A DNA stretch of 64,000 bases from Planctomycetota bacterium (GTDB lineage Bacteria; Planctomycetota; B15-G4), in contig BQJR01000002.1 in assembly GCA_021604805.1 (NCBI GenBank), positions 936,391-1,000,390 of the forward strand, given 5' to 3'. Shown piece by piece: positions 9,691 through 19,148 of the stretch. Below the pieces are notes generated by a model. That model worked only from the letters and a program-made list of their open reading frames with translations, was not told the origin of the DNA and did not search any database. The position numbers and the translations under genes were made by a program. Position 1 is the stretch's first letter. Every line of letters begins with the position of its first letter.

Positions 9691-10443
9691 TCAGACGCTC
9701 CCGAAGAGTCGGCGCAGTCGCAGGCCGATCAAACCCATCGCCGGCGTGTCGCCGCCGAGCTTGGCCTTGTGCGTGCTCGGCGTGGCGAAGGGCACCGGCA
9801 CCTGCACGATCTTGAGCTTGGCGGAGCTCGCCGCGGCGAGCGCCTCGGCCTTGATGCGATGGTCGGCGGCCTTCAACTTGCCCGCGATCTTGCGCAGCGC
9901 GTCCATGCGGTAGGCGCGGAAGCCTGACTCGACGTCGTCGATGGGGGCGCCGGTGGCGAAGCGCGCGAGGCCTTGCCTGCGACGCGGTTCGTCGTCGCCG
10001 CCACCTTCGCTCTTGGAGCGCGCGCCCACGGCGACATCCGCGCCGGCTTGCAACGCCTCGATGAGCTTGGGGATCTGGAGCAGGTCGTCGGTGCGGTTGG
10101 CGGCGCACTCGAGCACGTACTCGTAACCGTGTTCGCTGTCGGCGGCCCACTTGTAGGACTCGCGCAGGGCGAAGCCGCGACCCTTGTTGCGTCCGGGGCG
10201 GCGCAGCAGGTGGATGCGCTCGTCGTCGGCGGCCCAGGTGCCGGCGCGCGACCAGGTCTTGTCGAGGCTGTCGTCGTCGGCGATGAGCACGTGGATGTCG
10301 GGGTCATCCAGATCCAGGAAGCGCTCCATCACCCAGTCGATGTTGTCGCGCTCCTCCTTGGTGGGCACCACGAGCAGGCAGCGCGGATGCACGCCGGAGG
10401 GCTTGGTGGGCGGACGCTTAGGAGGGATCGGTTCGTCGGACAT
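9691..10443 (-). CDS. glycosyltransferase family 2 (polyprenol-monophosphomannose synthase-like), degenerate DxD motif
   Basis: LVVPTKEERDNI, IADDDSLDKT, HLLRRPGRNKGRG, ADVAVGAR, DVESGFRAYR. The expected MDAD reads ECAAN. Confidence 0.8.
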   Translation of the reverse strand: MSDEPIPPKRPPTKPSGVHPRCLLVVPTKEERDNIDWVMERFLDLDDPDIHVLIADDDSLDKTWSRAGTWAADDERIHLLRRPGRNKGRGFALRESYKWAADSEHGYEYVLECAANRTDDLLQIPKLIEALQAGADVAVGARSKSEGGGDDEPRRRQGLARFATGAPIDDVESGFRAYRMDALRKIAGKLKAADHRIKAEALAAASSAKLKIVQVPVPFATPSTHKAKLGGDTPAMGLIGLRLRRLFGSV

Positions 10444-10621
10444 GAGCCTCGGTGTTCCCGTTGCGATGAGCGGTGCGATGAGCGGTTTCGGCGATCAGGC
10501 GCCGAGAGAGCCTAGCCGCTGGATCGGGGTGCGGTCGACAGCGGGGTCGGGAAGCGAGGCCGGCCGGTGGGCTGCCCCGCGTGTGGCTCAGCTCATTCCG
10601 CACGCGGTCCCACTTCAGGTG

Positions 10622-10738
10622 TTGATTGAGGAGGATCGTGACGCCGTCAGCGCCGATGTTGCCCACGGCGAGGTCAGGCGCGCCGTCCTGGTTGAGATCT
10701 GCGATCGCGATCGAGCTGGGTCTCTCCGGCGCGACGTC
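10622..10738 (-). pseudogene. orphan FG-GAP repeat, 3'-end remnant of an FG-GAP gene
   Basis: Translates as DVAPERPSSIAIADLNQDGAPDLAVGNIGADGVTILLNQ. It is out of frame with, and downstream of, the stop of 10759..13281. Confidence 0.7.
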
Positions 10739-10758
10739 GTGCCGTGCCGCGGCGTGCT

Positions 10759-13281
10759 TCAGCGCACAGACTGGTTGAGCAGCACCGCGAAGCGGTTGGG
10801 GTGGCCGCTGGCGATGAGGTCGAAGTCGCCGTCGCCGTCGAGGTCGTCGACCAGGATGCCACCGGACCCGCCACTCCCCGGGAAGCGGCCCGCCGACTCG
10901 AAGCTTCCATCGCCCTGGCCGAGCAGGATCTCGACATCGAAGGATGACCAGCGCCTCGTCGCGAGGTCCACGATGCCGTCGCCATCCAAGTCTGCGATGA
11001 CGATCGAGTGCACGGACTTCGCAGCGAGCGGAACTGCCGGGCCGAAGCTGCCGTCGCCGACGCCGAACAGGATCACCGCATCGTGTTGATTGTTGAGGGT
11101 GACCAGGAGGTCGGGGATCGCGTCGCGGTTGAGATCGCCGACGGTCAGTTGCGTGATGGACAAGCCGGGCCCGTAGATCTGCAGCGGGCCGAAGGTCCCG
11201 TCGCCCGCACCGAGCGCGACGACCACTCCCGGCTGGCCGTCGAGGAACGCGAGATCGAGATTGCCGTCTCCATTCAGGTCTTCGAGCGCCAGCCCGAGTG
11301 AGGACGGCGCGGTGGCGACGGCTTGGGGCGCGCCGAACGTTCCGTCGCCGATTCCGAGCATGAGCTTCACGGTGTCGACGCCGCCACCCGTGGAGGAGAG
11401 GGCGAGGTCGGGAGCGCCGTCGTTGTTCAGGTCGCCGATCGCCACGTAGCCTGGGTCGGTGCTCACCGGGTAGCTGGTCACGGCGCCGAGTGTTCCGTCA
11501 CCCAGGCCCAGCAGCACCCACACGGCGCCCAGCGCGCGGGTCCCGACGACGTCGGGGATGCCGTCGCCGTTCAGGTCGGCGATGGCCAACGACCAGAATG
11601 AGCCGTGCGAGGTCGGGTGGATCTGGGCGACGCCGAAGCTTCCGTCACCGTTGCCGAGCAGGATCGAGATGTTGCCGAGGCCTGCGGCGACGATGTCGGT
11701 GAAGCCGTCGCCGTTCATGTCGGCGAGCTCGCCGTGGCCGGTCCCCGGGCCGGCGGAATAAGCGGGGGCGGTGATGAAGCTGCCGTCGCCCTTGCCGGGC
11801 AGAACGATGAGGTTGTCCCCGCCGGCGTTCAGCACCGCGAGGTCGACGAGACCGTCGTCGTCGAGGTCTTCGATCATCACGAAGGACGGCCGGACGTCTG
11901 CGACGAAGTGCGTGGCCTCGCCGAAGCTGCCATCGCCGTGACCGAGCAGGACCGTCGCGTCGAAGGAGTCCTCGTTCGCGAGGACGAGGTCTGGCGCGCC
12001 GTCGCTGTTCAGGTCACGGATGGCGACCGAGCTGGGGTCCTCGCCCACGGTGATGGAGAGGTTGTCCGCGAAGGTCCCGTCACCCAGGCCGAGTCGCACG
12101 GAGACCCGATCTTGACCGGGGCAGGCGACCGCCAGGTCGAGCAGCCCGTCGCCGTTGAGGTCACCGAGCTCGAGGTCTCTCGGGTTGCTCTGTGCGGAAA
12201 CGCTCTGCGTGAGCGTGAACTGGCCGTCGCCGACTCCGCCGAATACCGACACCGTGCTCTCGCCCCGGTTCGCGACGACCAGGTCGAGCGCGCCGTCGCC
12301 GTCGAGGTCCCCGGTGTCGAGCGCGGTCGGGAGGTTGCCCACGCTGAGGTTCTGCGCGACGGCGAAGCTGCCGGTTCCGTCGCCGAGCAGCACGGTCACG
12401 CTGTCGTCGGCGCCGCTGAGCGGGGGGCCTTCATTGGCGAAGGCGAGGTCGAGCGCGCCGTCGCCGTTCAGGTCCACCAGGATCACGGCGGCGGGAACGT
12501 CTCCGGTGGCGACGGGCGTGGCGATGCCGAAGGTGCCGTCTCCCTTGCCGAGCAGGATGGTCACGTTGTCGGCTCCACTGTTCGCGACGGCGAGGTCGGC
12601 GAGGCCGTCCGAGTTGATGTCGCCGACGGCGACGGAGCGCGCTTGGGCGCCGGTGGCGAACTTCTGCGGAAGACAGAAGCCGCCGTCGCGCTCACCGAGC
12701 ATGACGGACACAGAACCCGTGTCCCGGTTGCTCACGACGAGGTCGAGGCGGTCGTCCCCGTTGAAGTCGTGGAACACGCCCGAGTTCGGGCTGGAGCCGA
12801 CCGCGTAGGAGAGACCCGGGAACAGCGGCTCGGTGTGGCCCTTCTCGAGCACCGACACCACGAGGGTGTTCGACGCCGAGTAGCCGCCCTCGGCCCCGGG
12901 GTCCTGGATCCAGAACTGCGCTGCGACCTCGAAACCGGCGGGCAGTTCGGAGGGAACCTTGAACCGCAGGCTGAGCCCGCCCGCCGCGTCGGTTGACAGG
13001 GTCGGCAGCACGGCATCCAGCGCCGGCCCGAGGATGCCTCCCTTGAAGGGCACGCCGATCTGCGTCAGCCCGAGCACGAGCGTGGCGTTGGCGTGGGGCA
13101 AGGCGCCGCTGAGCCGCAGACGGTTCTCAGTGGAACCGGCCTGGGTTGAGCCGCTGCCCGAGAGTGCCGGCACGAGCGCGTCGGTTCCGGCTGTGCCCGG
13201 CCAGGTGACGCTGAACCCGCCAGCGTGCAGCGACGGGCAAAGCAAGGCGAGCGCAGCGATCCAACTCAGAGCAGTGGACAC
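10759..13281 (-). CDS. secreted FG-GAP/VCBS repeat protein (14 repeats) with N-terminal ~120-aa module
   Basis: Signal peptide followed by 14 D-[LIFM]-[ND]-x-D-G-x-x-D-[LIV] repeats, counted by hand. Confidence 0.9.
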   Translation of the reverse strand: MSTALSWIAALALLCPSLHAGGFSVTWPGTAGTDALVPALSGSGSTQAGSTENRLRLSGALPHANATLVLGLTQIGVPFKGGILGPALDAVLPTLSTDAAGGLSLRFKVPSELPAGFEVAAQFWIQDPGAEGGYSASNTLVVSVLEKGHTEPLFPGLSYAVGSSPNSGVFHDFNGDDRLDLVVSNRDTGSVSVMLGERDGGFCLPQKFATGAQARSVAVGDINSDGLADLAVANSGADNVTILLGKGDGTFGIATPVATGDVPAAVILVDLNGDGALDLAFANEGPPLSGADDSVTVLLGDGTGSFAVAQNLSVGNLPTALDTGDLDGDGALDLVVANRGESTVSVFGGVGDGQFTLTQSVSAQSNPRDLELGDLNGDGLLDLAVACPGQDRVSVRLGLGDGTFADNLSITVGEDPSSVAIRDLNSDGAPDLVLANEDSFDATVLLGHGDGSFGEATHFVADVRPSFVMIEDLDDDGLVDLAVLNAGGDNLIVLPGKGDGSFITAPAYSAGPGTGHGELADMNGDGFTDIVAAGLGNISILLGNGDGSFGVAQIHPTSHGSFWSLAIADLNGDGIPDVVGTRALGAVWVLLGLGDGTLGAVTSYPVSTDPGYVAIGDLNNDGAPDLALSSTGGGVDTVKLMLGIGDGTFGAPQAVATAPSSLGLALEDLNGDGNLDLAFLDGQPGVVVALGAGDGTFGPLQIYGPGLSITQLTVGDLNRDAIPDLLVTLNNQHDAVILFGVGDGSFGPAVPLAAKSVHSIVIADLDGDGIVDLATRRWSSFDVEILLGQGDGSFESAGRFPGSGGSGGILVDDLDGDGDFDLIASGHPNRFAVLLNQSVR

Positions 13282-13598
13282 GGGGAGACTCCAGGTGAGG
13301 TGTGAGCCGGCTGGCTGATGTCCGCGATGACGCGGGCGCTTCGAGCGAGCCTTCGGGGGCGCGCACCGAGAAGCCGCCTCCCCTCAGTCGGCGACTCGGT
13401 CGGGCGGGAACGCGATACAGCGCTGATCCGGCTGCGCGCCGGTGCGCGGCACGCCCTGTGACACGGCCGCCCGCGAACACGGGAACGAGGCCGCCGGTGC
13501 CGGGCCCTGAATCGGGGTCGGGTCGACTACAGGAGTTGGCGCCGCGCTCGATGCAGCGCGACGACCAAGTGAGAGTGAGCGCGTGAGAGCGCGCAGGC

Positions 13599-16500
13599 TC
13601 AGTCGGGCAGCTCATTCAGCAACACCGACACCAAGCCGGAGGTTGCCACCGCGAGGTCGGGCGCGCCGTCCTGATCGAGGTCGCCGATCACGAGCTCGCC
13701 GGGGGAGTCACTGGTGGCGAAGCCTTGCGGGACTGCGAAGTCGCGCGCGCCCAAGCCCAGCAGCACCGAGACTTTGCGCGACACGCTGTCGGTGACGGCG
13801 ATGTCAGGCTGGCCGTCCTGGTCGATGTCGCTGAGGCCAACTCCCGAGGGCGCCTTGCCGGCGGCGAAGTGCGCGGCAGGCGTGAAGTTGCCGTCGCCGA
13901 GGCCCCAGAGCACCGACACCTGCTGTGAAGTCGCGTTGGCCACGAGCGCGTCGAGTTCGCCATCCAGGTCGAGGTCACCCAGCGCGAGCGAGGTCGGCGT
14001 GTCGCCGGTGGCGAAGCTCATCGCCGCGCCGAGTGTGCCGTCGCCGACACCCAGCAACACGGAGAGGCGGTTGCTCAGGGAGCTCGTGCGGACGAGATCG
14101 AGCGTGCCGTTCTGGTCGAGGTCGCCGAGAGCGCAGTCATCGAGCGTTCCGATCTGCTGCGAGGCGAACAGTTGTTCGGGGCCGAAGCCGCCGCCTGTGC
14201 CGAGCATCACGCTCACCGAGTGGCTGCCGGTGTCGCCGAGGAACACGAGATCCTCGAGGCCGTCGGCGTTCATGTCGCCGCTCGCGAGAGCGCGCACCGG
14301 TCCGTGGGTGGCGATGTCCGAGCGCGCGAGGAAAGCGCCGTCGCCAGCACCGCGCAGCACGGCCAGCTCGTCTTGGCTTTCTTTCGTGGCGAGGATGTCG
14401 GGTAGGCCGTCTTGATTCAGGTCGACGATGGCCATCCCCTCGGGCCGGAAATCACCGAGGTAGTTGGTCGGCGGACCCAAGCTGGAGTCGCCGTTGCCGC
14501 GCAGGACCGACAGCTGCAGCAGGTTCGCAACGGCGACGTCGGGCAAGCCATCGAGATCCAGATCACCGATGGCCACGCGCTCCGGAGCGATGCCGGCCCC
14601 GAAGGTCTGAACGGGTAGGAAGCCGTTGCTGCCGCGGCCGCGCTGGACCAGCACACCATTGTTCGAGGCGCTGACGAGGTCGGGGAACCCGTCGAGATCG
14701 AGGTCGCCGACCTCCACCGACCGTGGGGTCCCGAACACGGTGTAAGCCTGAGGCGCGCCGAAGACGCCGAGCCCCGTGCCGTTCAGCACCGACATGATGC
14801 CGGTGGCCGGGAAGAACCCGATCGAGCCACCGACCGCCAAGTCGGGCAGACCGTCGAGGTCGAAGTCCTGCATCGCCACGGAGATCGGGTTGGAGCCGGC
14901 CGGATAGGCGCTCACGGAATCGAAGTCGCCGCTGTCGTCGCTGAGCAAGACCGTGACGCCGTCGTGGGTGGACACGGCGAGGTCGAGGAAGCCGTCGAGA
15001 TCGGCGTCGCCGAGGGTCATTTCGGTGGGAGCGACACCCAAGGGTGTGGTCGTCGGCGCAGCGAAGCTCCCGTTGCCGAGGCCGAGACGCACGCTCACGC
15101 TGTTCGAAACCAAGTTGACGGTGGTGAAGTCGGGCGCGCCGTCGGCATTGATGTCGCCCGCGGCGATGGCGATCGGGTTGCCGCCCACGGGGAAAGCCTG
15201 GTGCGCCCCCAAGGAGCCGTCGAGCTGACCTAGGAGCACACTCACGTTGCTGGAGAAGCGCGCAGGCGTGGCGGTGTCGGGGCGGCCGTCGAGGTTGAAG
15301 TCGGCGACGGCCAAGTCTTCGGGAGGGGCGCCGACCTGGTAGATCTGCGCGCCGAAGTGTCCGGCGCCTGAGCCCGGGAGCAGCGTGAGTCCTTCGGTGG
15401 AGCTGCTGCAGCCGACCACGAGGTCTGTCAGGTTGTCGCCGTGCAGTTCCGTGATCAGCACGGTGTTGGTGAAGCCGGCTGCTGTGAGCGAGGTCGGCTC
15501 CGCGAACTCACCGCCACCGAGCCCGCGGAACACCAGCGCCTGCGCGTTGATGGAGTTCACGGCCGCGAGGTCGTTGAGGCCGTCGCCATCGACATCGCCG
15601 AGCGCGAGCGCTTTCGGCGAGAGCCCCACGAGTCCGGGCAGCGGCACGAGCGGCGCGCTCGGGAAGTGCGGTGTGCGCGTGAAGTCACCGCTGCCGTTGC
15701 CGCGCAGGAGAGACACGTCGTCGGCGGTGCGGTTGGCGCAGAGCAGGTCGACGTGGCCGTCTTGATCGTGATCGCCGAGCGCGATGCTCGACGGGAAGGG
15801 GCCCACGTCGAAGGACTGCGCTGCCGCGAAGTCACCGTTGCCTGCGCCGAGCAGCACCCACACGTCGTCGGAGTTCTGATCGACGACAGCGATGTCGGCC
15901 GCGCCGTCAGCGTTGAGGTCGGCCACTGCGGCGCGGCGCGGAGCGCTACCGAGATCGTGGCGCGTGGTGGTCCCGAAGTCGCCGAGCCCGCTGCCGAGCG
16001 ACACCGACACGCGACCGAGGTCGCGATCGACGAGCACGAGGTCGAGCGCGCCGTCGGCGTTGAAGTCTGCGAGCTCTGCGTCAGTGACGCGGACGCCGTG
16101 CAGCGCGCGGGCGGAGCCGAGCGCGAAGCTGCCGTCGCCTGAGCCCAGCAGCACGTTCACGGCGAGCGTGTCGCCTCCCAAGTGCCGGAACTCGACCGGG
16201 TCGTTGCCGAAGGGGCCGCCGCCGGTGAGGTGTTCGAAGGCGGCTTCCACGCCGATCTCGGAAGCGCTGCCGGTGACGCCGCTGGGCTGCGCGGGCTGGC
16301 CCGCGGACTGGTTCGGCGCGAACGATCCCGAGGTTGCGCGGTTGAAGACCAGCGTGATGTCGACGTTGCCGTCGTGGTCGATGTCGCCGAGAGTGAGGGC
16401 CGCGGGATCGAGGGAGGTGCTGTGCGTGTGGGCGCTGGCGAGCGTGCCGTCGCCGAGGCCGAGCAAGGTCGAGATCTCGCGGGACGCGCCGCCGGCCACG

Positions 16501-17300
16501 ACCACGTCGGGCAAGCCGTCGTTGTTGAGATCGGCCACGCCGAGATCCACGGGGTCAGGGCTCACGCTGAACGTTTGCGCCGCGAGCAAGGCGCCGTCGC
16601 CAGCGCCGCGCAGCACGGAGACATCGGTGGACCTGGCGTTGAGCACGACCACGTCGAGCGCGCCGTCGAGATCGAGGTCGGCCACGCTCAGCGCGATCGG
16701 GCCGCCGCCCGCTGCGAAGTGTGTCGCCGCGCCGAACACACCGTTGCCGAGGCCGAGCAGAACGGAGACGTCGTCGGAGTCGGCGTTGGCGCTGAGAATG
16801 TCGAGCACGCCGTCTTGGTTGAGGTCGGCGTTCGCCACGGCGCTCGGTGCGGCGCCCACGTCGAAGCGCGGGATGGGGAAGTGCAGCCCGGTCGGCGTGG
16901 CGCCTCGCACGCTGAAGGCGAGTGTGTTGCTCGAAACCCAACCAGTGCGGGCGTCGTCGTCGGCGACCCAGAGTTGAGCGTAGACCGTGAGGCCAACGGG
17001 CACGTGGCGCGGCAGCGTGAAGGGCAGGCGCAGTCCGCCCGAAGCGTCGGTGCTGAGGTTGTGGACGACACGTTGCGGCGCGAGACCGAGCGCGTCTGCA
17101 TCAACGGCAGGGTCGCCGGCGAGCACGAGTGTGGCGACTCGATGGGGACTCGCGCCTGACACGACCAGCGTGTTCAGCGAGCCGGGGCGCGCGGCGCCAG
17201 CAGCTTCGAGCACGGGCGATTGACCGTCGCTCGCGAAGATCTGGACCGTGAGTGCTGCGAACACGATCAGCGCGTGGATCAAGCGACGGCTGCTCAGCAT
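13599..17300 (-). CDS. secreted FG-GAP/VCBS repeat protein (21 repeats) with N-terminal module
   Basis: ATG 17300 gives MLSSRRLIHALIVFAALTVQIFA (signal peptide). 21 DxDxDGxxD-type repeats. Paralog of 10759..13281. Confidence 0.9.
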   Translation of the reverse strand: MLSSRRLIHALIVFAALTVQIFASDGQSPVLEAAGAARPGSLNTLVVSGASPHRVATLVLAGDPAVDADALGLAPQRVVHNLSTDASGGLRLPFTLPRHVPVGLTVYAQLWVADDDARTGWVSSNTLAFSVRGATPTGLHFPIPRFDVGAAPSAVANADLNQDGVLDILSANADSDDVSVLLGLGNGVFGAATHFAAGGGPIALSVADLDLDGALDVVVLNARSTDVSVLRGAGDGALLAAQTFSVSPDPVDLGVADLNNDGLPDVVVAGGASREISTLLGLGDGTLASAHTHSTSLDPAALTLGDIDHDGNVDITLVFNRATSGSFAPNQSAGQPAQPSGVTGSASEIGVEAAFEHLTGGGPFGNDPVEFRHLGGDTLAVNVLLGSGDGSFALGSARALHGVRVTDAELADFNADGALDLVLVDRDLGRVSVSLGSGLGDFGTTTRHDLGSAPRRAAVADLNADGAADIAVVDQNSDDVWVLLGAGNGDFAAAQSFDVGPFPSSIALGDHDQDGHVDLLCANRTADDVSLLRGNGSGDFTRTPHFPSAPLVPLPGLVGLSPKALALGDVDGDGLNDLAAVNSINAQALVFRGLGGGEFAEPTSLTAAGFTNTVLITELHGDNLTDLVVGCSSSTEGLTLLPGSGAGHFGAQIYQVGAPPEDLAVADFNLDGRPDTATPARFSSNVSVLLGQLDGSLGAHQAFPVGGNPIAIAAGDINADGAPDFTTVNLVSNSVSVRLGLGNGSFAAPTTTPLGVAPTEMTLGDADLDGFLDLAVSTHDGVTVLLSDDSGDFDSVSAYPAGSNPISVAMQDFDLDGLPDLAVGGSIGFFPATGIMSVLNGTGLGVFGAPQAYTVFGTPRSVEVGDLDLDGFPDLVSASNNGVLVQRGRGSNGFLPVQTFGAGIAPERVAIGDLDLDGLPDVAVANLLQLSVLRGNGDSSLGPPTNYLGDFRPEGMAIVDLNQDGLPDILATKESQDELAVLRGAGDGAFLARSDIATHGPVRALASGDMNADGLEDLVFLGDTGSHSVSVMLGTGGGFGPEQLFASQQIGTLDDCALGDLDQNGTLDLVRTSSLSNRLSVLLGVGDGTLGAAMSFATGDTPTSLALGDLDLDGELDALVANATSQQVSVLWGLGDGNFTPAAHFAAGKAPSGVGLSDIDQDGQPDIAVTDSVSRKVSVLLGLGARDFAVPQGFATSDSPGELVIGDLDQDGAPDLAVATSGLVSVLLNELPD

Positions 17301-17523
17301 GTGAGGCTCCCGTTGAGTCGCGCGGTCAGCCAGGGCCCGTGCCCCGAGTGCAGCTCCCACGCCCCGCGGGCAGTTTAGGTGCCCTGCGCGATCGGGGGTG
17401 CATTTCGCGTGATCGGCCCCGGGAGCGCGTGCGATTCCCACCGCGATGCGGGGACGCCAGGGATGCCTGTCCCGCACGACGGCGCGAGCTCACGCCGCGC
17501 CAACGGTTCCCCGACCTTCAACC

Positions 17524-18501
17524 TCAGAGCGGCAGCTCAACTCCGCGCCCTGCAGCCTCGGCCGCGCTCAGCAAGCGCTTCGCCAGCGCGACGTCCAGCA
17601 CGCCCAGGCCGAGGTTCGCGGCCATCACGATCGGGGTGCCGTCGGGGCGCTTGGCGCCGGCGCCGCACACGATCTTGCCGAGCTCGTCGGTGGGTGACTT
17701 GTAGCCGACGAAGTGGCCGTGCTGCTGGTAGTGCTCGAACTGCGCGAGGTCGTCGGTGATGCAGAGATCGCTGCCGTCGAAGCAGGCTTGGTCGAAGGCG
17801 GCGTCGAAGTCGAGGCTCACGCAGAGCGTGCCGGTCTGGATGAAGGCCGGCTCGATGAAGGGCTTGGGCTCCTTCAGGATCGGCGTGGCCGTCACGATCA
17901 CGTGGCCACCGACGCAGGCTTCTTCGGCGTCGGGCGGGATGATCGAGGCCAGGTCGAAGGTCGTCATCACTTCGTCGGCGAACTTCTCTTGGGCCGACGG
18001 GTCGATGTCGTAGGCGAGCATGCGCTCGGTGTCGGGGAACACGGCGAGCAGCGCCTCGATGTTCACGCGACCTTGCACGCCGCAGCCGATGATCGTCATG
18101 ACTTCGCTGTTCGGATCGGCGAGGTGCTTGGCGGTGACCGCGGTGCAGGCGCCGGTGCGCACGGCGGTGATCTGCGCGGCGTCCATGAAGGCGAGCGGAC
18201 GACCCGTGTCGGGGTCGTTCAAGATCATGGTGCCGTGGATGTAGGGCAGACCCTTCTCGGGGTTGTTCGGGTAGCCGGCCACCCACTTGATGCCGAGCGC
18301 CGCTTGGTCGCGCACGTGCGCGGGCATGGCGTGCAGGAAGGCGTCGTCGTCGAGCCCGCCGACATCCACCTTGGGCGGCATCGAGGTCTTGCCCTCACCG
18401 TGCTGGTGCAGCGTCTGCTCGACGATCTCCACCACCTCTTTCATCGGCGGCATCAGTGCGGCGACGTCTTCGCTCGACAGGTAGCGGACGGTGTTGCTCA
18501 T
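17524..18501 (-). CDS. ornithine cyclodeaminase/mu-crystallin family protein
   Basis: SMPPKV, HAMPA, GIKWV..YPNNP..GLP, ITAVRTGA and Rossmann IIGCGVQG. Start re-picked at ATG 18501. Confidence 0.9.
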   Translation of the reverse strand: MSNTVRYLSSEDVAALMPPMKEVVEIVEQTLHQHGEGKTSMPPKVDVGGLDDDAFLHAMPAHVRDQAALGIKWVAGYPNNPEKGLPYIHGTMILNDPDTGRPLAFMDAAQITAVRTGACTAVTAKHLADPNSEVMTIIGCGVQGRVNIEALLAVFPDTERMLAYDIDPSAQEKFADEVMTTFDLASIIPPDAEEACVGGHVIVTATPILKEPKPFIEPAFIQTGTLCVSLDFDAAFDQACFDGSDLCITDDLAQFEHYQQHGHFVGYKSPTDELGKIVCGAGAKRPDGTPIVMAANLGLGVLDVALAKRLLSAAEAAGRGVELPL

Positions 18502-18593
18502 GGGACTCGGGCGTCTCGGGGCGTTTCGAAAGGTGTGCGGGTGTGCGGTGCGGGTCGGGGCGACTCGGAGCGGGGCGGCGCAGGCTTGCGCGT

Positions 18594-19148
18594 TCAGCCG
18601 CCTGCTTCGGCGGCGCGCCGGCGGATCTCGGCGAGGTCGTGCACGGGGCCCTGATCCACACCGGGGCAGAATGATGCCACATCGGCTTCCCACGTGCTGC
18701 GGCTCTCCAGCAGCTCGGGCCAGAACGGGAAGGTCGAGCACTGCTTGGGTCGCAGCCGGTAGACGCTGCACTGGCCGTCCTGGAGGAAGATGCAGGCGCC
18801 GTCGACTCCGCGGAAGGAGATGCGCCCGGCGACGCGCTCGCAGTAGTCGGCCTCGAAGCGCCGCAGCGAGACACCGAAGTGCTCCGCCAGCGCTTTGCGC
18901 TCCGAGCGCGACGAGAACACGTACTCGTAGCCGTCGCCATGGTTGTGGCAGCACTTGCCGCAGGCGGTGCACTCGAAGCGCAGGCCGTCGGCGTACCAGG
19001 GCGGCGACTCGCCCTTGGCGCGCAGGTCGTCCCAGTGTTCTTCGGGGAGCAGCGCGTCGCCGTCGGAGGTCGGCTCCGCCTCGGACGCAGGCTCGCCGTC
19101 GCGCGCGGCCTTGCCACCCGCCTCGGGCTCAGGCACCGACTCGCTCAC
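18594..19148 (-). CDS. YkgJ family cysteine-cluster (putative Fe-S/Zn) protein
   Basis: WYADGLRFECTACGKCC...CIFL..GQCSVYRLRPKQCSTFPFWPE...CPGV. The GTG start overlaps the ALDH stop. Confidence 0.88.
   Translation of the reverse strand: MSESVPEPEAGGKAARDGEPASEAEPTSDGDALLPEEHWDDLRAKGESPPWYADGLRFECTACGKCCHNHGDGYEYVFSSRSERKALAEHFGVSLRRFEADYCERVAGRISFRGVDGACIFLQDGQCSVYRLRPKQCSTFPFWPELLESRSTWEADVASFCPGVDQGPVHDLAEIRRRAAEAGG

Noticed and set aside
10759-17300. Recurrent GCCGTCGCCG / AGGTCG DNA motifs suggesting a repeat array or DGR target
   Set aside because: Explained by the coding of DxDGDG protein repeats. There is no reverse transcriptase and no adenine-specific TR/VR pair.
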